In this document: positions 1 to 11,400 of the stretch, piece after piece
Layout: each line of letters begins with the position of its first letter
Position numbering within the stretch: position 1 is the stretch's first letter
NCBI GenBank assembly: GCA_964247055.1
Contig: OZ176050.1
Coordinates: 14,322,001-14,386,000, forward strand
Direction of reading: 5' to 3'
Source: Paragordius varius
Lineage: Eukaryota > Animalia > Nematomorpha
DNA: 64,000 bases
Translations under genes and position numbers: made by a program
The notes under the pieces: generated by a model
Database searches by the model: none
Seen by the model: the letters and a program-made list of their open reading frames with translations, nothing else
Told to the model about the DNA's origin: nothing

Positions 1-189
1 ATTTTCATTGTTTATTTATTATTAAAAATGCAGTAAAAATTGAATTATACGGACAAAACGTAAAAATATAAAACAAATGTTTTTATCAAAAAGACTGCTG
101 TACTTTTTAGAATCGATCTTGTTAAATATAATGACATAGAGATGGAAATATATTTTATATTCGAATTTTTGTATAAAATACACTTTGCA

Positions 190-350
190 TTTTAATGGTT
201 GATTATTTCACACTATATCAGGGCAATTCGCAACACAGCAGTATGGAGAAAATAAAGGAAATATGTTTATTCAGCATTCTGTTGTTTTTTCCATACACAA
301 CTGTGTTGCAAATGCCTTACTATAGTGTGAAATAAGCCACCATTAAAATG
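190..350. mobile_element. Small palindromic MITE-like hairpin (~160 bp)
   Basis: tttaatggttgattatttcacactata (~192) is the imperfect inverse of tatagtgtgaaataagccaccattaaa (~321-347); inner arms gcaacacag / ctgtgttgc also pair. Confidence 0.55.
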
Positions 351-360
351 TATAATTTAG

Positions 361-3300
361 TTTATGGGTTTCGAATTGCGGTGATCATTGAATCTGACGT
401 GGGTATGGGCTTGAATGATCTACAAGATTTGATCCAAAATGTATAAAAAGCTTTATCAAATAAAATAAATTTAAAGAATTAAGGTCTAACAGATTGATAT
501 TACTGTTTTTATATTCTTTTTTTAGTTAAACGAAATATTCAGTCAAAAATATCTACACCACTTTGGGATCAGAATCCATATGGTCCATTATGAATATACC
601 AGGGTAATTTCCAAATTTTATTACAATAAATATTGAAATTATACGGACAGAATGTATAAATGTAAAGACAAATATTTTTTCTAAAATACAACCATACTTT
701 TTCAATCTTGATTTATATCATTATAATTCATAGTTTTAAAAGGCAAAGTGTGAAATAAAGATATAAATTACTAACACAGTTAATTTTATATTTTACAATT
801 ATAACTAAATAGCTTATATAGGAAAAATATGGTTGTGTCTTTTAGATGAAAATATTTGTCTTTATATTTTTACATTTTGTCCGTATAATTTCAATTTTTA
901 CTAAAGGTTTTTTTTACCTGTTTAAAACTTATAGTAATTTAAACTAAATTCCCTATATTCATTAAAAAGTATAAATTGTGCTTCTTTAATAAGAAATAAA
1001 TTATAATTTCACAGAGGTTTAGCTTTTCGCCAGCGCTAATTAATCTTAGGATTTTTCTTGCAAAAATGTAATATAAAATGGATTTAATTATAAATGAATA
1101 AATTTCCAACAAGCACAAACGCAGCCCTTTTCAAAAATGGCAGCATAATAATGGTTAATATAGCCCAATTAGGCATAATCTTTTCTCAAAAAATATAATT
1201 CATATAGATATATTTTAAGGTCTTTACTTAATTAATACTTGGTAGTTTGTAAAATAATTATTTTTATTCAAAATTATATAAAAAGTTATTTGAAGTAATA
1301 AATTTATTTAATAACGGGATCATATACTTTTTAATGATATTTTATCACAGAGAAGTAGTAATTACCGAGTGTTTGATTATTACCAGCATTATGCCAAAAA
1401 ACTCAAAAGATATACAGCCAAAGATTGGGATACAACGCTTATAATACGAAGGTTTTTTTTCTAACATTTAAACTTTCTATCTAAAAATATACATGCTTAT
1501 AAATCTGATGTTTCTCTGAAGTATCTTAAGTATATAGCGCATTGTTTTTTGCATTTATTTCTTAGAATATGGTTTTAAATCCCAAAGAAATTTTTTTCGA
1601 TCCAAAAATACTCTATTAAAAATTTCGATCCCCCTGTATAAATAATCATAATATATGTATAATTTTTAGCAAAATCCCTTCTGGACGCTTTGACAAGCCA
1701 AGACTTGTAGGTACACATTATTATTATTATTTTATTGGCATTCTTACCCTGTTTTTTAATGCAACGTATTGATTTGATAGTATTTTATAAATTACTAGCT
1801 GGTGTCACGCTTCGCTGTGATGTAGTCCGATAATAATTCTTTAGAAGTAATGGAGATAAAAAATAATATAAAACATATTTAATAAAAAGATTGTCCTTAA
1901 CTATTCTTTTATGGGTTTTTGCATAGACTCAAATATTGTGTAATCGAAATTGACTATATTAAAACTGTCCCTTATTAAAGTTATATTCAACTATCATTGG
2001 ATTTATTTTAAGATTTTCGTTTTAAATTATGGTTATAAGTTTTATTTGAAATTGTGTTCCCAGATCAATGGATATAAAAAGTAAATCATTTGTGGTCCCT
2101 TTTTAAAGGAAAGAATGATATTAGACAAATTCCCCATTAATGTTTTTAACTCAACTCGTATGGCTTTTTAAGTTTTTTAAAAATTAGCTCCAAAACCATG
2201 CCATTTTTATATAGCGTCTCAATTTTAAACCAATAGACCCCTACCCATAGACCTATATGGAAAAAGCGCTGAGTTAAATTCCTTGCATTTGGGCAAATAT
2301 TTGGAATCATCTTTAATACCATCATCTCATGGGTTATTCGAAAAAATACCTCAACACTAGATAATCATTATATGATATCGTATTTTTAGAGGACATAAAG
2401 GCTCCAAATTAACGGCTAATAATAAACACTCGACCTTTTTTACCTAGTTACGGGTAATATTTCAATCTTTTAATAAGCTCATATGGCTTCATAAATTTTC
2501 TGTAAATTATCTCCAAAACAAACCAATTTCTATATAATGGCCCGGTTTTTGGCGGGTAGCTCCTAACCCAGAGGCAGGTATAAAAAAGCGTTGGGCAAAT
2601 TTTTCATTATATATGGAATATCTGGAATCATCATCGATTTCATATATTACTATTAGATTCATAGGTTTTCTGATTGGCTCCAAAGACATGCTGTATCGAT
2701 ATGGTGACGTAGTTTTATGCGGGTAGCCCCCTAACCAGGGGCAAAACAAAAAACGCATTAAAATGTTTGCCTTTTTACGGAGAATACCTGGAATCATGAT
2801 TGATTCCATATGCTCTCGTGGGATTTTCGAAAATTGCCTTAAAACCAAAAAGTCATTCTATGGTGGCGCATTTTTAAGGGCTAGGGTCTAACGGCTAATT
2901 TAAAAATCCGCTCGACTTAAATTTTGTTTTTTGCGGGTAATATTTCAGACCCTTATTGAACTCATCAGGCCTGATAAGTCCTAATGTTAAATCCTAAACA
3001 ACGCAATTTCGTTATCGGAGTTTTAGGCAGCTCCCTACTCAGAGGCTGATCCAAAAAAGCGCTTGATTAAAATTTTTGCCTTTTTACGGAGAATACCTGG
3101 AATTATGATTGATACCATGTGCTCTCATTAGTTTTTGGAATAATTGCCTCAAAACTAAAAAGTCATTCTATGGTGGCGCATTTTTCAGGGCGGGAAGGGC
3201 CTAATTAACGGCTAATTTTGACCAACCGTACGACCTAAATTTTTGCCTTGTTACGGATTAAACTCATATGGCCAGATAGGTTTTCACAATTTAGCAAGAG

Positions 3301-5484
3301 CACGAACGAGGCAGTTTTAGCGGTATCTTTTTGCCCAGCAGCCAATAAAAAAAAACGCACCACTAAATTTTTTTCCTTTTAACAGGGGATATCTGGAATC
3401 CACATTAAATTTATACGGTCACATACCCTGTGAGAAAAATAGATTCAAAAAATTATTTTTGTGGACTTGGTTTTTTTGGAAAAAATGGCATTTTACGGGG
3501 GCGGGTAAAAAAGGGCCTAATCCGTTTTTTATACGGGGTGGCCCGAACTGGGGCCTAATAGAAAAAAAAGCGAAGCTACTGGCGGGGCATTCATTAATGA
3601 TTATATTTTTTCGACATTTGGATTTGAATGGGTCTACCGGTTTTCTTGAAACAGATCACAAAGCCAGCATTTTCCATTTTAATGAACTGATTGACAATAT
3701 TTTTTAAAACGATAAACATATATTATGTATTTAATTTTTAAAACTTACTGTTTGGAATTTCAATAAAAGCGGTATAAAAAATTGGTTTCATACTCAATTA
3801 TATAATTCGCACTTGCATTCCTAATGGATATATATATATATATATATATATAAAGGTTATAAAAAGTATGGCTGCCCTTATAAAAATTATTTGTCTTTTA
3901 GTTTTTTAGGTTTTGTCTGTTATAATTTTAATTTTATACTTTATGATATTTTTTTTAAAATACTAGTCGTTTCATAAATTTTCATACTGTATTTTGCATT
4001 CAGGTAGTGCAACGATTAACACCTTATGTAAAGATCATTCAATAGCCATTGTGGAATATATTGGAGCTCACACTTATTTTCGGGCAGCTCATGAAATTGG
4101 ACACAAGTTTTTTTATTTTTAAAGAAGAAAATTAATTATAAAATTTTAGCGCAAAAAATGTTTTGTTGTTTATTTTTTTATTTGTAGAATGATTAGGTTC
4201 AAGGACCGAATTAAAGTATCAGAATTTGTAATGTTAAATAACAATTATCAACCGTTTGGGTTGATAAATTGTTTAATCTATTTGAAGTAAAAAAATATTA
4301 TAAACAAAAGTAAAATATAAAAAAGGTTTGCTCTATGCTTTTACAGTGAAACCTTTTCCATCCTCACACTGAGCCAAAAATATAATACAAACTTATCATT
4401 TATCATAAATTCAAACACCTTCTTGGAAAATTAATAATATATTTCTTTTTAATTTAAATTCAAACAGAAAATTAATATTATGTATTTTCAAAAAAGGGTG
4501 TCATGATGCGTGTAATGACCCATGGATAATATTTAACCTTACAGTAAAATTTGATATTATACAGACAAAATAAAAAAACTTTTCTTGAAAAGACAACTAA
4601 CTTTGTAAGACATGATTTTTTCAACATAAACCATTTATTTTCCATTTTATAATTTTTCAGTCAAAATTTGCAAACGCAAAATTTTTTCAGTTGTCTTTGT
4701 TAGAAAGTATGTTGCGTTTGACTTAAAAAGTGTTATATTCAAATCATAAAAAAGTATGATTCTGATTTGAAAAAAAAATATTTGTCTTTATCCTTTATAA
4801 TTTCAATTTTTACTGTAATTTAACATTTTTAGCTTTGGTATCAGACATGATTCGCGCAGAAACTGTGGAAACCGTTTCTTAATGTACAGCATAATGAATT
4901 TTCGGCCATGGTCAGCTTGTTCAATATCAGATTTTAGGGCTAATATGTAAGTTTATATATGTTAGATTAATTTATCCACCTAATTTTAAGTTGCTTTTAC
5001 AGTAAAAATTGAAACTATACAGACAAATTAAACGAAAATATTTTTTTAAAGACAATTATACCTTTTTAACTCTTTAACTATATAATTAAAATTTTGAATT
5101 AAATAAGTACAAATTTATATCGCTATTGCCAATTTGCTATCCAAAAAGATTGATTACATTAAAGGAGGTGGTTTAAAAATATGGTTACCTTTTTTAAAAT
5201 TGTTTTTATTTTGTAATTCAAATTTTTACCGTGTAGCTAAATTTTCAAATAAAAAAATGCGGCTGTTTTTATTATATAAAATAATATTGTTCCTTTAGTT
5301 TTTACATTTTATCTTTATTAATTTCCAATGCGTATAATTAAATTCAATGGATAGACATCGGTTTGGCTGCTTAATTGTTGAAAATACAGAAATACAAGAT
5401 CAAATACCTCTGCAACTTCAATCAAATACTGAAAATTCAGATATAGAACGTGCAATAGATGATATATTCAACAACATTGAATGA
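361..5484 (+). CDS. Reprolysin/ADAMTS-like (M12B) zinc metalloprotease, 3' part; exons 361-440, 526-603, 1015-1067, 1125-1153, 1387-1450, 1670-1710, 4004-4106, 4833-4946, 5355-5484
   Basis: Spliced translation with consistent phases gives ...PFQKWQ...DWDTTLIIRS...VGSATINTLCK...RAAHEIGHNFGIRHD (HExxHxxGxxH+D zinc motif, split by intron 4107-4832), Met-turn FLMY, WSACS, then FGCL and a stop at 5482-5484. The 5' exons (signal peptide/prodomain) are not identifiable in the window. The small exons at 1015-1153 are the least certain. Confidence 0.85.
624..903. mobile_element. MITE family A (TA-CAGTAAAAATTGAAATTATACGGACA termini, pogo/Tc1-like, ~280-300 bp)
   Basis: Long imperfect terminal inverted repeats; same sequence recurs about 15 or more times in the window. 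Lies in a metalloprotease intron. Confidence 0.75.
1795..3690 (-). mobile_element. Non-autonomous Helitron-like element with ~310-bp internal tandem subrepeats (family G copy 1), inside metalloprotease intron 1711-4003
   Basis: Minus strand ends ...CATCACAGCGAAGCGTGACACCAG-CTAG|T (hairpin + CTAG, a Helitron 3' signature) at 1795. About 2085-3680 is the reverse complement of 15800-17825. A (t/c)ctggaatc unit recurs at ~2302, 2621, 2786, 3095 and 3391. Linkage of the CTAG end to the repeat body is inferred. Confidence 0.55.
4542..4815. mobile_element. MITE family A
   Basis: TA|CAGTAAAATTTG ... TTCAATTTTTACTG|TA termini. Confidence 0.8.
5000..5231. mobile_element. MITE family A (degenerate)
   Basis: TA|CAGTAAAAATTGAAACTATACAGACA left end; degenerate right end ttcaaatttttaccg. 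Confidence 0.6.
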
Positions 5485-5868
5485 TATATTTTATATTATT
5501 TTTTTTAGAAATTAGAAAAGCTTTATAAATAAATAAATATACTTACGATATTGAAATTTTCATATATATTATATATAAACATATGTCTTGAGCAAATTTA
5601 AACAGACTTTTTTTAACATTTTTATTTTATAGAAATATATCTATAAAATTTCAGGTTAACATTTTTATTTTCAGCAAAATTTTTTCAAAATCAAACAATT
5701 TTTGGGGAACCTATCAGTTTTTTCCAACAAAACTCAAAATAAAACCCGCTTTTTTGAAAAATAAATAATATATATATCCAAAAAAATTTATTAATATTAA
5801 TTATAAGTATTTATATTACAAATATGTTGTTTATTAAACTAAGTATGAATTGATATCTCCCTCCCCCT

Positions 5869-8085
5869 CTAATCAATAAGTTTTTTAGCCTTAAAATAGC
5901 GTTTAAGGTAAAATAATTGCCAGGTAGCCAAGCTCACAAGGCAAACCATACCAAATAAGCTAAAATAAAAGATGCGATTGCTGGTGATTTCTATAAAAAT
6001 AGAAGAAAATTAAAAAGTATAATTAAATTTTTAAAATTAGGAAATTATAAATATAAGGTGTGCTTAATAATATTTTATTATAAACTCCAAAAAAAATCAT
6101 TAAAAATTAATTAAAAAATTTAATATATTTATTTTATTGAAATCTCTAAAATAAAAGAGAATAAATTATTAATCTATATCATTTACAATTCAAATTCATC
6201 CTTGAACAATTTTATTTCACCCTTAGACAATTTAAATTGACCCCTAAAACAATTCAAATCACCCTAAAAATAAATATGTGTTTTCGGGCAGCTAATGTAA
6301 CTTATTAATAATAAGAAATAAATTTTTATGTCTAAGTTTATTATTTTTTCAGTATTATATTAATCTAACAAAATTAATTTTTAAAAAATATAAAAAATAT
6401 AGAAAATAGTAATTTTTAATCTTAAAAAACACATAATTTATTTTACAGTGAATATTGTTCGAGGGCGAATTTGAATTGTTCAAGGGTGAATTTGAACTGT
6501 AAATGTATATATATAAAATATAGCAAATTTCTACAGTTTTTAATTTAAAACTCAAAATCCAAATTATAAAATACAATTTTAAATATATCTAAAAAATATT
6601 TTTTCATTAATATATATATATATATATATATAACCATTAGAATTTCTCATATCTTGTTCCCGCTTTTTCATGTTAATCAAATCTTGAACTAATTCGGCAG
6701 ATAAATCTTCCAAACGCTTCATTTCAATCTCCATCGGTTGTAAATGAGCCACGTTTCCCATCTATAAATTTAAAATTTATAAAATTTAAAAAATGTAATT
6801 TTTTTATAAAATTATGTTAAAATAAAAAAATAAAAAACCAATATTTAAAATTAATAAAAATATAACCTTTGAAGGTAAAAAAATTATTTTACGAAGCTTG
6901 AAACAAATTTTGTTTTAGTTTTTTTATTGCAGAGAGTTTTTATTTTACTTAATATTACTATAAAAATTAATTAAACTTAAAATATTTTAGGCATACAGTA
7001 TTTTTTTGAAAAAGAAATCTGGTAAACCATATTTTAATTTATTTAAAACAATAAAATATCTTATATTTCTTGTGTGAATAAAAAGTATATATTCACTTAA
7101 AATATTAATTTAGAAAAAAATCATTTTTAATTAGAGATAAGTTAAATTAAACAATTTGCAAAAAATCGTAATATAACCCAAAATATTAGGATGAATTATG
7201 ATTCTTTAAAGTAGGGGATAACAACATAAATGGCTCTGCATTACAACACAACAATCATTAATATTATATTTTTTGAAATATAAATTTTACAATTTTTAAT
7301 AGTTGGTAGCCAAATTTAGGAAAAAAGACCCAAGTAAATATTCTTTAAAAAAATAATTTTACTAGTATGTTAATCTACAAATAGCGATATATTTTTTAAA
7401 CTTATAGAATTTTAAATTTATTTGGAAAATTTCATATACATTCCTGGTCTAAACTATTAAATTGTGTTTATAAAGCCTTTAAATTAATAATTCGAAAATC
7501 TATTTAATCCATTTAAAGTAACACCAAGCAAGTTTGTTTAAAATAACTAAGATTATATTTAGAGAATATATTATCCCAAAAAATATATATATAATATGCC
7601 ATTTAGAAACGAAGTAAATTTATGAACAAATTTTGGAAATTTTTAAATAAAAAATGTTAACCTCTTCATAGGATTTTGCATCGACTCCATGTTTAACGGT
7701 TATATGAACATAGGCATGGTTATGTTGATGATTAGCTAAAAATTAATGTGGTCAAAAATACGTGGTATTTCAAAATCAAAACAAATGTCAACCACATCAT
7801 ATTCATCGCTTGTAAAAGAAAATTTTGCGCTACTTGCAAACTCTTTATGATAAAATATGTGATCTTTTGTGTTAGATATCTAAATTTAATATAGAGATGT
7901 TTTACTTTAACAATACACGGTAAATTGCCATACGGATCAAAGATACTATAATTTCCTATAACTGGAATGTCTTTATGGACTTCATCTTGAAAACATTCAC
8001 GCTTTTTATTAATAAAAAAGCCCAACGAATGAGTTTGATTGATAAAATAGGCTAAGAATAAAAATAGCGAAAAAATAACATGCAT
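5869..8085 (-). CDS. TMED10: Transmembrane emp24 domain protein 10 (p24-delta), 206 aa; exons 8085-7906, 7879-7762, 7735-7662, 6761-6635, 5990-5869
   Basis: Signal peptide, GOLD domain ([11 protein letters not shown]...[16 protein letters not shown]...[11 protein letters not shown]), coiled coil ([15 protein letters not shown]...[12 protein letters not shown]), TM helix and C-terminal [20 protein letters not shown]. All four introns are GT-AG at the positions I recall for vertebrate TMED10; the exons total 621 nt. Confidence 0.96.
6175..6508. mobile_element. MITE family B (TATACCATTTAC...GTAAATGGTATA termini, ~280-330 bp), TMED10 intron 4
   Basis: Palindromic arms caattcaaattcacccttgaacaa / ttgttcaagggtgaatttgaa and shared core gtgttttcgggcagctaat; six copies in the window. 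Confidence 0.75.
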
Positions 8086-9399
8086 GTGAAACGTACGAGT
8101 TAATTGTCAATTTGTGATGACAGGTGATTTTTAAATCACTATTATAAAAATAGGTGCAAAGATAATTTGCCAATAATGTTTTTGATAATAATGTTTATTT
8201 AGAATTAATATTTATATATTTTTTATGTATTTTAACTGGTTGAGACTAGGGTGTAGATACAAATGTGGCTTAAATTTTTGCTTACTATGAAATAATCAGA
8301 CAAATAATATTCAATTCATCTGTTTTAATATAAAAAAGCAAGAATGGGTATGAAAAAATGAGTATATAATTGATATCAGAAAATGTTATTATTCCTGGCC
8401 CCTTCGTGTAAGTTATAGGAAAAAATTCCTTATTAACTTCATGTACAACAAATTCGTAGATTTTTACGTTAATTTTTGTGGTATAGGGAAATCGTTAGGT
8501 TATAGATTGTAGGATACTCCAGATTTTTTAATTAATAGATCATAAATTACATGATAGGCCATAGATTCTACTAATTGATTCGCTCCATTATATATCGGCC
8601 TTTCCGCCAAACAATCTGATATTAGCTATATTGTAAGACTAGGGTCACTTATCAAAAAATTGGAATTCCTTCATTTATTTTATAAATTTTACACTTCGTT
8701 ACTTTCAATATTGATTAATCGATTACCATTTGAATAATTTTGCTTAACTTAAATTTGTTCTTAAACTATTGTTTCAAAGGTTTTTTTAATTAAAATTCAA
8801 ACCTTTTGTAAACCTCAGGTCTATTTAAAATTTTATTTATTCACTTTAATTTAATGCTTTTACTTATCATTTTAGGCGCTTGAAATTTTATTTTTACAAA
8901 ATGTGAAGTCTAAACCGAAATGAAAGTAGTTATGTTTAAATTTATAACTAATCTGTGAAAGGCTTTCAAATCACAATACCAAAAAAAACTTTGATAATTA
9001 TTGTCAATATCAGCTCTTTTGAATTATGTTTTGGATATCTCTGAAATCAAAATCTATAAAATAAAAACTGCTATGTGTCTAATGCAGAGGGTTTAATAAA
9101 TAAACTTTAACCAAAAAAACTTTAAAACAGTATTTGTTTATTATTGTAAGGTTTGTAAATTCCAAAATAATGATTACTAATTCTATTGGATTAATTAAAA
9201 AACTTATGTTATAGTTTTTTAATTGGGTCAAAATTGAGATACCTCCAAACCCGTTAAACCCCTTCGATGTTCAAATATCAGTTTAAGAGTTTCGCAGAAA
9301 ACTTTTACATTTCTTAAACATGATTTTTATAACTATTATATTAGCAATTTAAAAATTTCAGGGAAAATAATGACGAACAAAAGTTTGCGATGAGGTTGT

Positions 9400-9920
9400 T
9401 TATTATCTTTAAATTGGGGTATCTAAATACCCCAGACACAATATTTAAGTTGATATTATTAAAAAATAATGAGAGAAACGGTTCCAATTAATATTTATGC
9501 ATTATAAACAAGCCAAAATAAAATAAAATTAATTTGAAAGTTCCACCTACTTCGACGCCAGTGTAAAATTATAACATTTTAGCAAAATATCGTGTATAGA
9601 TTCTAAGGCTAAAATTAAGTTTACTTTTTTATTAAAATCACATTTAACATAAATATAAAGAGAAAAAGTGGTATTTGCAGTATTTCTCTATTTAGCTTAT
9701 TTTAGCTATATTTTTACTTTTGGGTTTTACCTCTGAATAGTAAATATCAAGTATTTTTAATTGAAGTTTTTATTATATTTCGGTTCATATGTTATAAAAG
9801 TGCAAACTTTTACCATGGTTTAATCATTCCATATTTTTTAAAATATTTAATTTTACAAGCCTGGGGTTATGAACTACCACAATTCAATAAGGACTGAAAT
9901 CAATGTGTTATACCTGAGTG
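9400..9920. mobile_element. piggyBac-like MITE family C (degenerate copy)
   Basis: aaattggggtatctaaataccccagac left arm and gcctggggttatgaactacc...gagtg|ttga right arm; collinear with 28692-29252. Confidence 0.65.
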
Positions 9921-10040
9921 TTGAACCATGCGCCCAAAAGTCATGGCTAAAGTATGCACTTTTATATTTCACCATGTGTTAAATAATGTTATGAATTTAC
10001 ATAACGGTACAAAACTACCCAAAACATAGTTAACCGTTAA

Positions 10041-10564
10041 CACTTCTACCTTTTGGGTAGTTTTGTATCCCAGAGAATATTTTTTAAGAAATATTTAAGC
10101 TATTAAGCCGAATTCAATAATCTGCTTTTTTAGTCTTTTGAGCGCATTATACAATTTTTTTTGAAAATGTAAAATTATGAAAATATTCTCATCTCAAATT
10201 TTTTTGCCGCCATTTTTTATCTACCTTTTTTTTTAAATCGGTAATGCAACAGGCAAATTATATATTTGTTATAAAATGTATATAATTATCTATAAAAAGC
10301 TTCCAGAGCACCTTTTACCAGCAAAAACTTGATCAGATTCCATAATCAGCTGTTCGTTTTCGTATTTTGAAGCTGTCCCATTAAGACTCTAAAAGTCACA
10401 AAACTGTGAAAATTATAAGTTTTTTATTTAATACTTGAGAACAATGTTTTAAATTAATTTTTAATTTAGATAACTTTTAAATTTGTAGTTTGCAAAATTG
10501 AGCTCTGGGATATAAAACTACCTCAAAAGATAAATTAGGACAAAAAAGTGAAAAGGTATTAGTG
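10041..10564. mobile_element. piggyBac-like MITE family D copy 1
   Basis: TTAA|CACTTCTACCTTTTGGGTAGTTTTGTATCCCAGAG ... CTCTGGGATATAAAACTACCTC-(spacer)-AGTG|TTGA; collinear with 14807-15440. Confidence 0.7.
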
Positions 10565-10569
10565 TTGAG

Positions 10570-11400
10570 GAGGATTTTACGAAATATGGGAAACCACAAC
10601 GATTGCCTGTGGTTTTTATAGAATAATTGAGGTTATTTTGTAGAAGGGCCTCTTTCCTGTTCTCCACTCTTAACTTGTCAACATAAATTTCAGGCTTTTA
10701 TAATTTTATCGAAATTTGGTCCATACCTATTGTCTTGTTATATGATATAACATTTAGGGCCTAGTACCTTTGTTAAAGGGTGATTTGTTACACGAATTGT
10801 TATTAAATAAACACAACGTTTTTCCAATTTCTCTATAGTAGAATTATTAACTTAATTTATCCTCCTTGCGATTTTCGAATTTAACAGATTGTTTTTTATT
10901 TGTGTTTTGGTAAATTTTTTAATATCCATTGTTTAGTTGCGATCCTATTTCTACTAGCAATTTTTGTTTCAATCTCTTAACGATTTCCATTTTAGCTTTT
11001 TTGTAGTTTTATCTGAGTTTACTAACATTTTAATTGACCGTTTTTGGAATGTTTAAACTTATATTACGCGAGGTATGATTATTTCAAACAATTTGTTTTA
11101 ATTCGATAATCTGGCACAATAGTGTGTAATAAGCGCCTCACCGGGATATTATGTGTGGCCTGCGAAAAATTTGGCAAACTACCAAATAACTACAAATTTC
11201 GCAATATGTAAAAATATACTCACAAAATCTTAGTTTAATTGATATCTCAAACATATTTACTGAATAAGTCTTTCCAATTGGCAACGAACTAGCAAAAAAT
11301 ACCATTTTTTTCACAGTTTTATGTTTGAAATCCTATAAAACATTGATTAGAGCCCATATGTTTTATGAATTCAGTCCGCCATTTGTGTTGCACACCCCTG
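10570..11400 (-). pseudogene. Possible highly degenerate Penelope-like retroelement relic
   Basis: Locally GC-richer; broken minus-strand frames give YPGEAL...C and RCGFPYFV fragments weakly reminiscent of PLE RT thumb / GIY-YIG motifs. No open frame. Confidence 0.25.

Noticed and set aside
2962-2968. CUGAUGA...GAAA on the minus strand (second hammerhead?)
   Set aside because: Stems I and II do not pair, and homologous units in the other Helitron copy lack the core.
2507-3707. ORFs 2507-2848 (-) and 3459-3707 (+); likewise 6355-6576, 16839-17021, 31923-32138, 33950-34135, 36962-37177, 55534-55776, 59745-59927
   Set aside because: They fall within repeat copies and have no domain signal.
7736-7905. 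Micro-introns as assembly frameshift errors
   Set aside because: All three short segments are bounded by GT...AG at conserved intron positions, and their removal exactly restores homologous protein sequence.
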